DNA of 64,000 nucleotides from Eledone cirrhosa. Its lineage: Eukaryota. The stretch is taken from positions 32,054,001 through 32,118,000 of the forward strand of contig OZ024758.1 of NCBI GenBank assembly GCA_964016885.1, written 5' to 3'. Each line of letters opens with the position of its first letter. Positions within the stretch are counted from its first letter, which is position 1. Positions 1 through 9,840 of this stretch are shown here, in pieces. Made by a program: the position numbers and the translations under genes. The notes under the pieces are model-generated. The model worked only from the letters and a program-made list of their open reading frames with translations. It had not been told where the DNA came from and made no database searches.

Positions 1-599
1 AAAAATAGTCTTTTACAATTAAATAGCTCTCTATTTATATATATATATATACACATATACATATATACACATACATATACATAAAAATATACACACTTAT
101 ATACAGTACAAACATATACACAGTTAAGTATATTACATACAAATATATATACACACACACATATATACACACACATATATATATACACACACACAATACA
201 CACATATACATACTCACATGCATACACACGCATATACTCTCAACCACACGTATAGGTACATATAGACAATTTTTGGTGTATACACATATATAAAAAAAAT
301 ATAAATACATTCACACACACACATATACATGAGAAAAAATACATTCAACCACATACACACATATATATAAATAATTACTTATATATAAAAATATAAATAC
401 ATACACACATACGAATATGTACACGTACATACGCACGCATATATATATATACATATATATCTAAATCAGTTAAAAACATTTATATTTTTATTTATATTTG
501 TCGGATTTCCAACTAATTGAATACCCCTTCCACTTTTATATATATATATATAAATATATATATATATAAATATATATATATATTGGTAAAAGGAAAAGA

Positions 600-1101
600 A
601 AATGCTGACAAATTGTTCCCAGTGAAAAATAGTTTAATTAGGAATAAATAAAAATTAGTAATAAGTATTGGTTAGTATTCAGTTTTGGTTTTAAGTTTTT
701 ACCGGTTGCGCATTTCTAATGCTTTTCAAAAATAATTTTGAGATAGAGCGCCCGTGATGTTTGCTCTAATCTGATTAGTTTTGGAAATTCTACCTGTTTT
801 ATGTGAAAAAAGTGGCTCCAGATGTATTAAAATAAGTTACGCGCCAATTCGTGTTGCAAAAATTCTTGTGGTCAAAACAATTTTGATTGGTCGGTAGAGG
901 TCATGTGAATGTTAAAAATTGATTTTGCGCCAAATGTAGGTTTGTCTTGGCTGATTGAGAAGTCACTGAAAAATAAGTCTTTTAAGACAAATATGTGTGT
1001 GTGTGTGTAGTAAAGAGGTTCATTGTTGTGATAATGGTCAATGTATGTGTGTGTGAATTGCAGTCATGTTGACAGGTCAACAGTTCAGGTGCCTATTAAG
1101 A

Positions 1102-1196
<95 letters not shown>

Positions 1197-3700
1197 CAGA
1201 GTAATTCGTGGTAGAGGGATCGGTCAGTAGGAATGTGTCTGAACGTGTGTGGGGGATATTTTAACATGTTAAAAGATACTTTTCAGCTCTTGTCTTATAC
1301 GGAGAAGTGTGTGTGTACGTGTGTGTGTGTGTATATGTCTCTTTTTATGTTAGTGTACGCGTGTGTATGTGGGTGTGTATATATGTGTGTGTGTGTGTGT
1401 GTATGTGTGTATATATGTGTGTGTGTGGGTGGGTGGACCAGTATTTTTGTGATACTGGTAAAAATGGTGTACATTATTCGATATTTTCAGTAAAAACGAT
1501 TCTCTCAATAGAACATCAAAAACCTTAATAATAAAAGGTGTGAAATGATATATAGTATTGTCATAACACGAAGGTGTGTGTGAGTGTCCAGATTGTACGT
1601 ACTGCAAGGGGAATCCATTAGGCCCTGCCGTATTGGAATACTTGTGTACAAATATGTATGTGCCCATCAGTGTGCAATGCATGTGTGTGTGTCGGCATGT
1701 TTATATCTATAGACATCAAAAGGTATGCAAATTGGTGTATATTTGTGTTGCACCATAGAACATGTGTGTTTACGTATGTCATTGTGTTTATATGTGGGTA
1801 GAGATGTATGTAGGATGTATGCTGATGTAGGTATGTATGTTGACGTGAGTATGTTGTGGGTTCGTCTTAGGGAGAAGTGTTTAGACGGAGTCCGTATTTG
1901 TTAATAAAGTGAGATTCCTTGCTGATGCGCTGGGTGTAGGTGGCATTATCTTTAAATTTGTAGAGGGGAAAGATTCTGAAGTTGGGATGATTTTGGGCGG
2001 CACAGGTATCAATGTGTTCACTCAGTGGTATTTTCCTGTATTCCCGTATTTTAATTTGGGATCTATGGACAGTCATGCGTTGGCGGAGGCTGTTTTTGGT
2101 CTGGCCTATGTATTGTTCTCGACAACCTGAGCAAGTTAATACATATATTAGATTTTCTGATGCGCATGTGAAATTGTGTTTTACTATAAAACGTTGTCCT
2201 TCTTTGAAATAGAATTCCGAACCCTCTATTAGGTTGATGCATATGTCACAGTTGGGTCTATCGCATTTTTTTTACTGTGGGTTTCGTTGTTGTGGTTGGC
2301 AGTACTTTGGCATGTGTTAGGATGTTTTTCGTTGACTTAGGTTGTCTTTTGCTCTTTATGATATCGTGTGTTCTTAGGATTTGGTTCATTCTGTGATGTT
2401 CTGGAGGATGGTGTCAAAGGCCTCATTGTTGAGGGGGTTGTGTGTGGAGATGTATGGAAGAGCTTTTAGTTTCGGTTGATTTACTTTAGGGTGTCTAAGG
2501 TCTTGGGTACTGAGTTTTAGGGCACGTTGTCAATTAGTGATGCAGGGTAGTGCCTGCCTATGAGTGTGTCCTTTAGTTCTTGTAGCCGTAAGTAACAGGT
2601 GTTTTTATTGGAGACTATAGTACAGATTCTCTTGGCTAAGTTGTAGGGAATATTAATTTTAACGTATCTAGGGTGGCAAGAGTTGAAAGGAAGATATTGC
2701 TTGGAGTCTGTGGGCTTGTAGTATATGTCTGTTTTTATTTTTTTGTTATGAATCTTAATGAGGATGTCGAGGAAGGGGAGTTGTTGATGGCTGTATTCCA
2801 TCGTAAAGTTAATATTCGTGTTGAGGCCATTTATAAGGTTGTGAAATTCTTTAAGTTTCTCGATGTTTTCGTGCCAAAGGATGAAGCAGTCATCGAGATA
2901 TCGCTTCCAGTTCCTTTCTATGTGTAAGTGGAGAGTGTTTCCAAATTTGTTTAGTACTTTAGCGTAGAGGGTGATTTCCAGGTATCCCATGACTAGGTTG
3001 GCATAAGTAGGGGCTGTTTTCGTTCCCATAGCGGTCCCAGATTTCTGCCTGTAGGATTTGTTATTGAAAACGAAGTAATTGTCCTCCAAGATAAATTTGA
3101 GTCCCTCTATCACGAATTCTTTTTTGATGCGTTGTGGGAGTTCATTGTGGTAATTATCCAGCCAGAATTGGATAGCTTCTATTCCTAGGTTGTGGGGGAT
3201 GTTGGAGTATAGGTTGACTACATCGAACGTCACTAGTAGGGTTTGTTCAGAAAGGGGAATATTAGGGAGGTGATTGAGCATATCTAGGTCGTCCCTTATA
3301 TAGCTTTTGATGTGTTTGAGAAAAGGCTTGAGAAGGGTATCAATGAAGTTGCTAAGGCGGTGGGTTTCGCAAGCGGAGCCTGCTATTATAGGTCTTAATT
3401 TGAGATCTTTGGGTGAGGGGACATTGATGACTATGTCTGTGGCTTCCTTGCATGCCTTACTTATTAATTCGCTTTTATGTACTTTAGGGATACCGCAGAA
3501 AAGGCTGGATTTACTTGTGAAGTCTGTGATGAAGCTGAATTCCTTGTTAGTGAGTCTTTCTTTGTATTGGTTAATCAGAGTTTTTAGGTTTCTCATAATT
3601 TTCTGTTGATTGTAGTGTTCAGCCTTTTCGTAGTATGTTTCGTTTTCCAAAGTGGAGAGCGCTAAGTTGATATAGAATTCTGTCTCCATTAGGACTACTG
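600..3700 (-). mobile_element. Penelope-like retroelement (RT + GIY-YIG), 5'-truncated and frameshifted, with long microsatellite-containing 3' region
   Basis: ORF 2517-3689 has PLE RT motifs (LRPIIAG, TFDVVNLYSNI, GTAMGTKTAPTYANL, WKRYLDDCF, LPFLD, DIYYKPTD). GIY-YIG remnant at ~1867-2210 (YIGQTKNSLRQRMTVHR). The 3' boundary is approximate; a decayed hammerhead-like motif lies at ~697-735. Confidence 0.85.
2517..3689 (-). pseudogene. Penelope-type reverse transcriptase (partial)
   Basis: RT motifs as above. Truncated at its 5' side near a (TA)n tract and frameshifted before the endonuclease. Confidence 0.85.
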
Positions 3701-3731
3701 TACTCCCTTTATCAGCCTCTTTAATTGTAAT

Positions 3732-3844
<113 letters not shown>

Positions 3845-3909
3845 AGTATATATAAATGGAATAGAATGAAACGAAATTTCATTTCTCACTCTTAGTACGG
3901 CACTTACTT

Positions 3910-4087
3910 AAATGTAAGTATGTATGTATACGTACATACATATATGTATACAGACGTACAGTAGTATGTATATATATACATAGATGCACACATATATATA
4001 TGTGTGCATGTATGTATGTATATACATACTACTGTACGTCTGTATACATATATGTATGTACGTATACATACATACATACTTACATTT
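3910..4087. repeat. imperfect foldback inverted repeat of TA/CA-rich sequence
   Basis: aaatgtaagtatgtatgtatacgtacatacatatatgtatacagacgtacagtagtatg is mirrored by catactactgtacgtctgtatacatatatgtatgtacgtatac...tacttacattt. It abuts the LINE 5' truncation point. Confidence 0.75.
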
Positions 4088-4088
4088 T

Positions 4089-4728
4089 ACGGTACTGAAA
4101 TATGCAGATGACATCAAGCTGTACCTTGAAATCAAAAGGACTGATCCTGAAATCTACAACTCTTTCCTACAATCAGACCTGGACACAATGCAGCAATGGA
4201 TCACAGACTGGCAACTGAAGCTGGACAAGTGTACCACCATACATTTTGGGAGGAAAAATCCAGCGTCCACATACTCCCTCTACAACACTGATATCAAGAA
4301 GTCCTCTTGTGAACGTGACCTGGGCATTACTGTCAGCAGAAATTTGCGTTGGACAAAGCATGTCTCTAAGATTGTCAAGAAGGCCCAGAGTGTCTTGGCA
4401 TCACTCAGCAAGACCTTTGTTAGCCGCTCTCCAGCCATCTATTTAAAACTGTATACAGCTATGGTACGACCACACTTGGAATTCGCATCATCAGTCTGGA
4501 ACCCCTATCTTGCTCAGAACATTGACCTCATGGAAACTGTTCAGAGACGTGCAACCAAGCGCATACCCTCCATCAGACACCTACCATACTCTGAACGCCT
4601 TGCTTCCCTGGGCATGGATTCATTGAAGCTCCGACGTCTGGCAATGGACTTGGTAAATACCCACAAAGTTATTAACCATCTCGCCAATTGCAACCCTGAG
4701 CACCTTTTTGATCTCCATGTGTCTAACA
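4089..4728 (+). mobile_element. CR1-group LINE, 5'-truncated ORF2 (RT C-terminal part), left flank of the viral insert
   Basis: YADDIKLY...ERDLGITV...LYTAMVRPHLEFASSVWNPY...ETVQRRATK. Nearly identical to the copy at 42898-43536. Confidence 0.9.
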
Positions 4729-4808
4729 GTGATTATCCCATTCCCACCCCTTTCGTCTATAATACAATGTAATAATAATCCGATGGTGTGGGAATGGGAT
4801 AATCACTG
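4727..4808. repeat. stem-loop at the left edge of the viral insert (candidate terminal hairpin/origin)
   Basis: cagtgattatcccattcccac (4727-4747) is the exact reverse complement of gtgggaatgggataatcactg (4788-4808). The loop is 40 nt. Confidence 0.85.
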
Positions 4809-4900
4809 CTGACCATTGATCACACTGGTATAAGAGGTGCCTGGTATAGTATTTTTAACCGATGACAGCGATGTGGTTTGATAGTTAACTAAAATCTCCC

Positions 4901-4934
4901 TATATAATAAGAAAAATATCGTAAAACCATCAGT
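4901..4934 (+). promoter_or_regulatory. putative VP core promoter: TATA box + TCAGT initiator immediately before the VP ATG
   Basis: TATATAA at 4901-4907 and TCAGT at 4930-4934 (~30 nt spacing), with ATG at 4935. A direct repeat ctggtata occurs at 4825 and 4841. Confidence 0.65.
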
Positions 4935-6779
4935 ATGCCGAGTACTCGCAAACGGAAGAAGCCTCCCGAAGAGAAACCAGGACCATCAAAGGAATATCAC
5001 GCACCAGGATACGATTTCCTTGGCCCAGGTACTGATATCAAAAAGAAAAAATATTGGGTACCACGTAATAAGCTAGACCAAGCAGCCAAAGAACACGATA
5101 TCGCCTATGAAAATAAAGACATCAGAACCTGGTACGCAGATAAAAAATTCATCGGAGAGGCTGTTAAATCCGGACCTACAGGTATACTCGCAGCAGCAGC
5201 AATCGGAGCTAAGCATTATCTGGGACTCGATTCATATTTTCGAGGTTGTCCTACCGATACTGTTGATTCTTGCGGGGCTGCTACTATGGCTGGGATGGAG
5301 ACGGACGCGGAGACTGAGAGAGCTGATGGAGGAGGTGGATGGACGGGTACACAACATGGTTCATCCGCCCAAATACCTACCCCGACTGGACCCTATCAAA
5401 GAGAGGTTACATTTACAAGAAAATTCCTTAATGTAGTTAAATCTCAGAATATGAACACTGCAACGGGAACATTTACGAGTATCAAACAGGCCGGAGATAA
5501 CCAACCCAAAATCAAAGATCTCATGACAAGAGGAGTCTGTAAATCGCAGGACTTCCTGGTTCCCTATTGGTTAACTACATGGGTTAAACCAATCGAATGG
5601 GAGGCGCAATTGAGTATGGCTACATCGTATCGTGTTAAAGATATGGGATTTAAGATATCAAACATAACATGCTCAGAGTGGATAGTAGCGAGAGGAGAAG
5701 ACCAATTCATCAACAATCCATTACCATATTTCCAAATATATATAGACAGAGGAAAGTATATTGGATACAACAATCTAAGAGGGATATCACATATACCAAA
5801 CGATGGCTTCCAACTCATACATCCCACTACTGTTAACGACCTACTATTACCAACATACGAATACTTTTACATGTGTAATAAACAAGTATTACTGGATATG
5901 GGACAAACATTTGAAAACGATGCGACAACTATAGAAATGCGAAAGCTACACGACTGGAGAGGATTATATGATGTCAAAGAGATTCGGCAAGGTGATACTT
6001 TCGTACATCGATGGCGCAACCATTCACAATTAACACATCCTCTCACCAATACAGAATGGAACGGAAATGTAATAATGCACGGTAATATACTAAACAGCGG
6101 AAAGTTTGCTAACAATCATCATCAAGCTGTAGGTAGTATATTAACTGGAGATGGAGGTCTAAATGTTACATCAGCGCCATATGGAGGAACATCATTCGAA
6201 AAAGGAGCCGGATGGTTAGATTATCAAAACCCCAGGACAATAACCCGATTAGGATGGATGGAGGATAACGCAATGACTGAATATAACGAAATGGGAATGA
6301 ACTACCAATGTATCAGAGAATCGACCACGGTACCCGGCGATTATGAGGGTGCCTCGGGAATATACACCGTGGCAAACAGAACACTAATAAATAACGTTTT
6401 GTACACGTCAGAAGACCCGCCAGAGATGATACTGATTAACGTACCAGTGAAAGTTAACGGTAATAATACACTGCAGACATTAATGTTTCAAATGGAAATT
6501 GAATACTTTATGACGATTGAGGCAGATTACGATCAACTGAACCACCCACAAATAATACAAACAACCAATGTAAATGCGTCACGTATGCAAAACACAGACA
6601 AGGAATATAGATACGATCTTCATAGTGTAACCGATCCTGGCAGACACTTTCATGGACACAGAGTCAAACACGCACAACACGGCAGAACTTTAGACGTGGG
6701 CGATAAAGATAGTCCTTATATTTATAAGGACTATCTTTATCGCCCACGTCTAAAGTTCTGCCGTGTTGTGCGTGTTTGA
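4935..6779 (+). CDS. VP1: parvovirus-like capsid protein VP1 with N-terminal phospholipase A2 domain
   Basis: Uninterrupted 614-aa ORF. Basic NLS-like TRKRKK, PLA2 Ca-loop PGYDFLGPGT, catalytic DQAAKEHDIAY, Gly-rich DGGGGWTG after a second Met in strong context (actATGg, 5286), and jelly-roll-like YRVKDMGFKISNI. Confidence 0.88.
   Translation: MPSTRKRKKPPEEKPGPSKEYHAPGYDFLGPGTDIKKKKYWVPRNKLDQAAKEHDIAYENKDIRTWYADKKFIGEAVKSGPTGILAAAAIGAKHYLGLDSYFRGCPTDTVDSCGAATMAGMETDAETERADGGGGWTGTQHGSSAQIPTPTGPYQREVTFTRKFLNVVKSQNMNTATGTFTSIKQAGDNQPKIKDLMTRGVCKSQDFLVPYWLTTWVKPIEWEAQLSMATSYRVKDMGFKISNITCSEWIVARGEDQFINNPLPYFQIYIDRGKYIGYNNLRGISHIPNDGFQLIHPTTVNDLLLPTYEYFYMCNKQVLLDMGQTFENDATTIEMRKLHDWRGLYDVKEIRQGDTFVHRWRNHSQLTHPLTNTEWNGNVIMHGNILNSGKFANNHHQAVGSILTGDGGLNVTSAPYGGTSFEKGAGWLDYQNPRTITRLGWMEDNAMTEYNEMGMNYQCIRESTTVPGDYEGASGIYTVANRTLINNVLYTSEDPPEMILINVPVKVNGNNTLQTLMFQMEIEYFMTIEADYDQLNHPQIIQTTNVNASRMQNTDKEYRYDLHSVTDPGRHFHGHRVKHAQHGRTLDVGDKDSPYIYKDYLYRPRLKFCRVVRV
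5107..5436 (+). CDS. putative overlapping (+1 frame) small membrane protein
   Basis: 109-aa ATG-initiated ORF inside VP with a hydrophobic segment IFEVVLPILLILAGLLLWLGW followed by RRTRR. Expression is unproven. Confidence 0.4.
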   Translation: MKIKTSEPGTQIKNSSERLLNPDLQVYSQQQQSELSIIWDSIHIFEVVLPILLILAGLLLWLGWRRTRRLRELMEEVDGRVHNMVHPPKYLPRLDPIKERLHLQENSLM

Positions 6780-6788
6780 CTCTGTGTC
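6655..6788. repeat. perfect 66-bp-arm palindrome (2-nt loop) between VP and NS1; candidate parvoviral telomere
   Basis: 6655-6720 gacacagagtc...agtccttata is the exact reverse complement of 6723-6788 tataaggact...gactctgtgtc. Confidence 0.92.
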
Positions 6789-6840
6789 AGGAGCGGCCAC
6801 TTCGTTAACAAGTAAGATTGTAACTTACAACTGAACGGAC

Positions 6841-8290
6841 ATGGACCAAGATCAGAAGCAGAAGTTCAACGACGAATTCTTTAATGACGCCACCAACATC
6901 AAGGGAACCACGGCCTACACTTGGGTCTACAGATGGCAAGAACCTAATGAGTTTACGTGGGCGGAGATAAATCTATTCAAGAGACCGTCTGAGACTATAA
7001 ATTATAAACCATTCAAAGAAGAACATTCGCTACTTTTCAGACTGTTGTGTACATTCACATCTATTGTTGTCTACCACCCTAAAGGACCTTCACGTATAAA
7101 ACATTGCGACGATGTGGATCACTTTCACATCATATCTTGGCATACGTCTCACCCAACTAATCAACACAGCTTTCTTAAGCTAAAAAGACTGTTACAAATG
7201 AACGATCCTAAACACCAATATGAGATGAAGGCGGCCAAAATTGAATCACCAGCTGGCTTTGCCGAATACCTACAAAAATATGACGTCATAGCTTGCAATG
7301 ATATCAAAACAACAGGGCAGAGAAAGATGTTAGCAACCATAACTAAGCAAGAGATGATGTCAGTACCGGTAGAGGATACAACCACTAACATTAAGACAAA
7401 CGATACAGTACGTGGCAACAAATTTAATTTCGTGAAAGACCTAATGAGCAAGTGCAACTCAACAGATCTTGGCGACATTATAAATTTCGTTTGTACTATC
7501 GGTAAAGACAAGTACGGACATGCATGGGACTCTGTCTATAGAAACACTCCTAATCTTTCATCACTACTACAACCAGCAGCAACCCAACTACAAATAGAAA
7601 ACCGGATCACGCCCATATGGGAGCAGATACAGGAGAAAAGACTAATGCTTGGCAGCGATGGTAATAGGTATTGGACTGTAAACACAAGTCTTGCGATATA
7701 TGAACAATGGTGTGCATTTCACCAGATTAATCATGTAAGATTTGCGAAGGACCTGTTTGACGTGTGTCACAAAATCCTACCGAAAAAAAAACAGTCTACA
7801 TATCACCGGAATACCAAACAGCGGCAAAAGTTATCTCCTAAGGAGTATTAGAAATGGACTTATGAACTGTGGCAGAATGCGATGCCAGGCCAGTGATAAT
7901 TTTACATTTGGGACCTGTATCGATAAAACACTAATATTTACCGATGAAATGTGGTTCACGAACATAAACATAGAAGAGGCGAAATGTATACTAGAAGGTA
8001 CTGAGACGTATGTCAATATTAAACATCAGCAAGAACGCATTCTGCACAGAACACCATGCATAAGTACTGGAAATTCGAACCCATGGGATAGAGTGATGCA
8101 AGATGAAAAAGCGTTAAGAGCAAGAATGTTCATCTACACTACCAACTCGGAGATGATAAAACTGAAAGAATGGGGACAAAAGGAGTTAAATCCTATGATG
8201 TGGTTGACTATATGGAGAGATTACATAAAGGAATACACTGCATCCTTTAAAACCCTCATGCTTCCCGAAATACGCCAAAACTACACCTGA
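6841..8290 (+). CDS. NS1: parvovirus-like NS1/Rep (HUH endonuclease + SF3 helicase); one +1 frameshift in an A9 run; last 17 aa LINE-derived
   Basis: HUH motif DHFHIISW and tyrosine motif EYLQK. After removing one A at 7783-7791 it reads PKKNSLHITGIPNSGKS (Walker A), LIFTDE (Walker B), AKCILEG...VNIKH (B'), PCISTGN (C) and ALRAR (Arg finger). Repaired length is 482 aa. Confidence 0.88.
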
Positions 8291-8432
8291 TGTACCCCTT
8301 CCATACACATGCACACATGTGTGTATCATGACTCGTGCACTGTTCATTTTCCTGATGTTTGTGCATTGCCCTATGTACTGTACATGCACTTTTTGATGAG
8401 TTGTGGTGCACCTGGGCACTGTACACAATATT

Positions 8433-8488
<56 letters not shown>

Positions 8489-8609
8489 ATATCATGACTC
8501 ATACACTGTTCATTTTCCTGACATTTGTACATTGTTCTGTGTACTATACATGCACCTTTGATGAGTTGTAGTGCACCTGAGCACTGAACACAATAATTTC
8601 ATTATTATT

Positions 8610-8610
<1 letters not shown>
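8235..8610 (+). mobile_element. CR1-group LINE 3' end (ORF2 C-terminus, 3' UTR, (ATT)n tail, partial 3' UTR duplication), right flank of the viral insert
   Basis: acactgcatcctttaaaaccctcatgcttcccgaaatacgccaaaactacacctga... matches 43660-43859 and the minus-strand copy at 9430-9840. Confidence 0.9.
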
Positions 8611-8644
<34 letters not shown>

Positions 8645-8685
8645 CGAAACATAAGTCAATTGCATGAACTCATAATCCTTTATTT

Positions 8686-8741
8686 ACTGCTATATATATT
8701 TCGATGATAGCCATTGAATGGCTATGACCTCATCAGGCAGT
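8686..8741 (-). ncRNA. minimal type I hammerhead ribozyme motif (PLE pLTR-type)
   Basis: Minus strand reads actgc CTGATGA ggtc atagccat tca atggctat catc GAAA tatata TA gcagt. Confidence 0.6.
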
Positions 8742-8799
8742 TAGTCAGTTCTTAGATATGCCAGCTCTGTGTTTATAGTGTTGATGGTACCAGAGCCTT

Positions 8800-8902
<103 letters not shown>

Positions 8903-9429
8903 GTAGTTAGGGAAGCAGAAAATTGCTTTTTGTGATCCAGTTCGTGGTTAAGAAAGCCAGTTTCATGGATGGTTTCAACGTATGGTTAGGGGTACCTCCA
9001 CAAGTTTGTAAGAATTCCGTTCATTCTTGGAGTATAAAGTATAAAAGAGAAAACACAGGTAAGCATTAAGAGAAGGATTTTATCCAGGTATTTACGACCG
9101 TTTCAGTGGTAAGTGCAACCTTATATTGGTATACTGCAAAAAAAATCCTTCTCTTAATGCTTACCTATGTTTTCTCTTTTATACTATATATATATGTATG
9201 TGCGTGCGTATGTACGTGTACATGTGCGTATGTGTGTGTATGTGTATATTTGTATATATAAGTAATTTTTTATATATATGTGTGTATGTGGTTGAATGTA
9301 TTTTTTCTCATGTATATGTGTGCGTGAATGTATTTATATTTTTTGATATATGTATATACACCAACATTTGTGTATATGTGTGTGTATGCATGTGAGTATG
9401 TATATGTGTGCATTGTGTGTGTATATATA

Positions 9430-9840
9430 ATAATAATAATAATAATAATGAAATTATTGTGTACAGTGCTCAGGTGCACTACAACTCATCAAAGGTGCAT
9501 GTATAGTACATAGAATAATGTACAAATGTCAGGAAAATGAACAGTGTATGAGTCATGATATAATAATGATAACAATAATGAAATATTGTGTACAGTGCCC
9601 AGGTGCACCACAACTCATCAAAAAAGTGCATGTACAGTACATAGGGCAATGCACAAACATCAGTAAAATGAACAGTGCACGAGTCATGATACACACATGT
9701 GTGCATGTGTATGGAAGGGATACATCAGGTGTAGTTTTGGCGTATTTCGGGAAGCATGAGTGTCTTAAAGGATGCAGTGTCTCGGCAGCTAACAATTGAC
9801 TCAGGCAGTTTGTTCCATGCTTCAGCAACTCTGAGCGTGA
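9430..9840 (-). mobile_element. CR1-group LINE 3' fragment
   Basis: Encodes ...AWNKLPESIVSCRDTASFKTLMLPEIRQNYT* plus the same 3' UTR and (ATT)n tail as 8235-8610, in inverted orientation. Confidence 0.85.

Larger units (their letters stand above)
4727..8234 (+). mobile_element. endogenous parvovirus/densovirus-like element (hairpin - VP - hairpin - NS1)
   Basis: PLA2-containing capsid ORF, HUH endonuclease plus SF3 helicase ORF, and two hairpins. It has sharp junctions with LINE sequence on both sides. Confidence 0.92.

Noticed and set aside
35-1758. Numerous Y/I/C/V/M- or H/T/Y/I-rich ORFs here and at 9126-13639, 18013-20141, 24181-26311, 36863-37796 and 60963-61259
   Set aside because: They are translations of (TA)n/(TG)n/(CA)n microsatellites that lack stop codons by composition, and show no domain motifs.
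5564-8016. Minus-strand ORFs antisense to VP and NS1 (5564-5827, 5867-6115, 7161-7511, 7831-8016)
   Set aside because: They are short shadow ORFs without motifs or an evident promoter.
4935-8290. Viral region as contaminating exogenous virus sequence or a host PLA2/helicase gene
   Set aside because: Both junctions fall at collinear positions within one host LINE, and the intronless motif set is parvovirus-like. Read-level confirmation is still needed.
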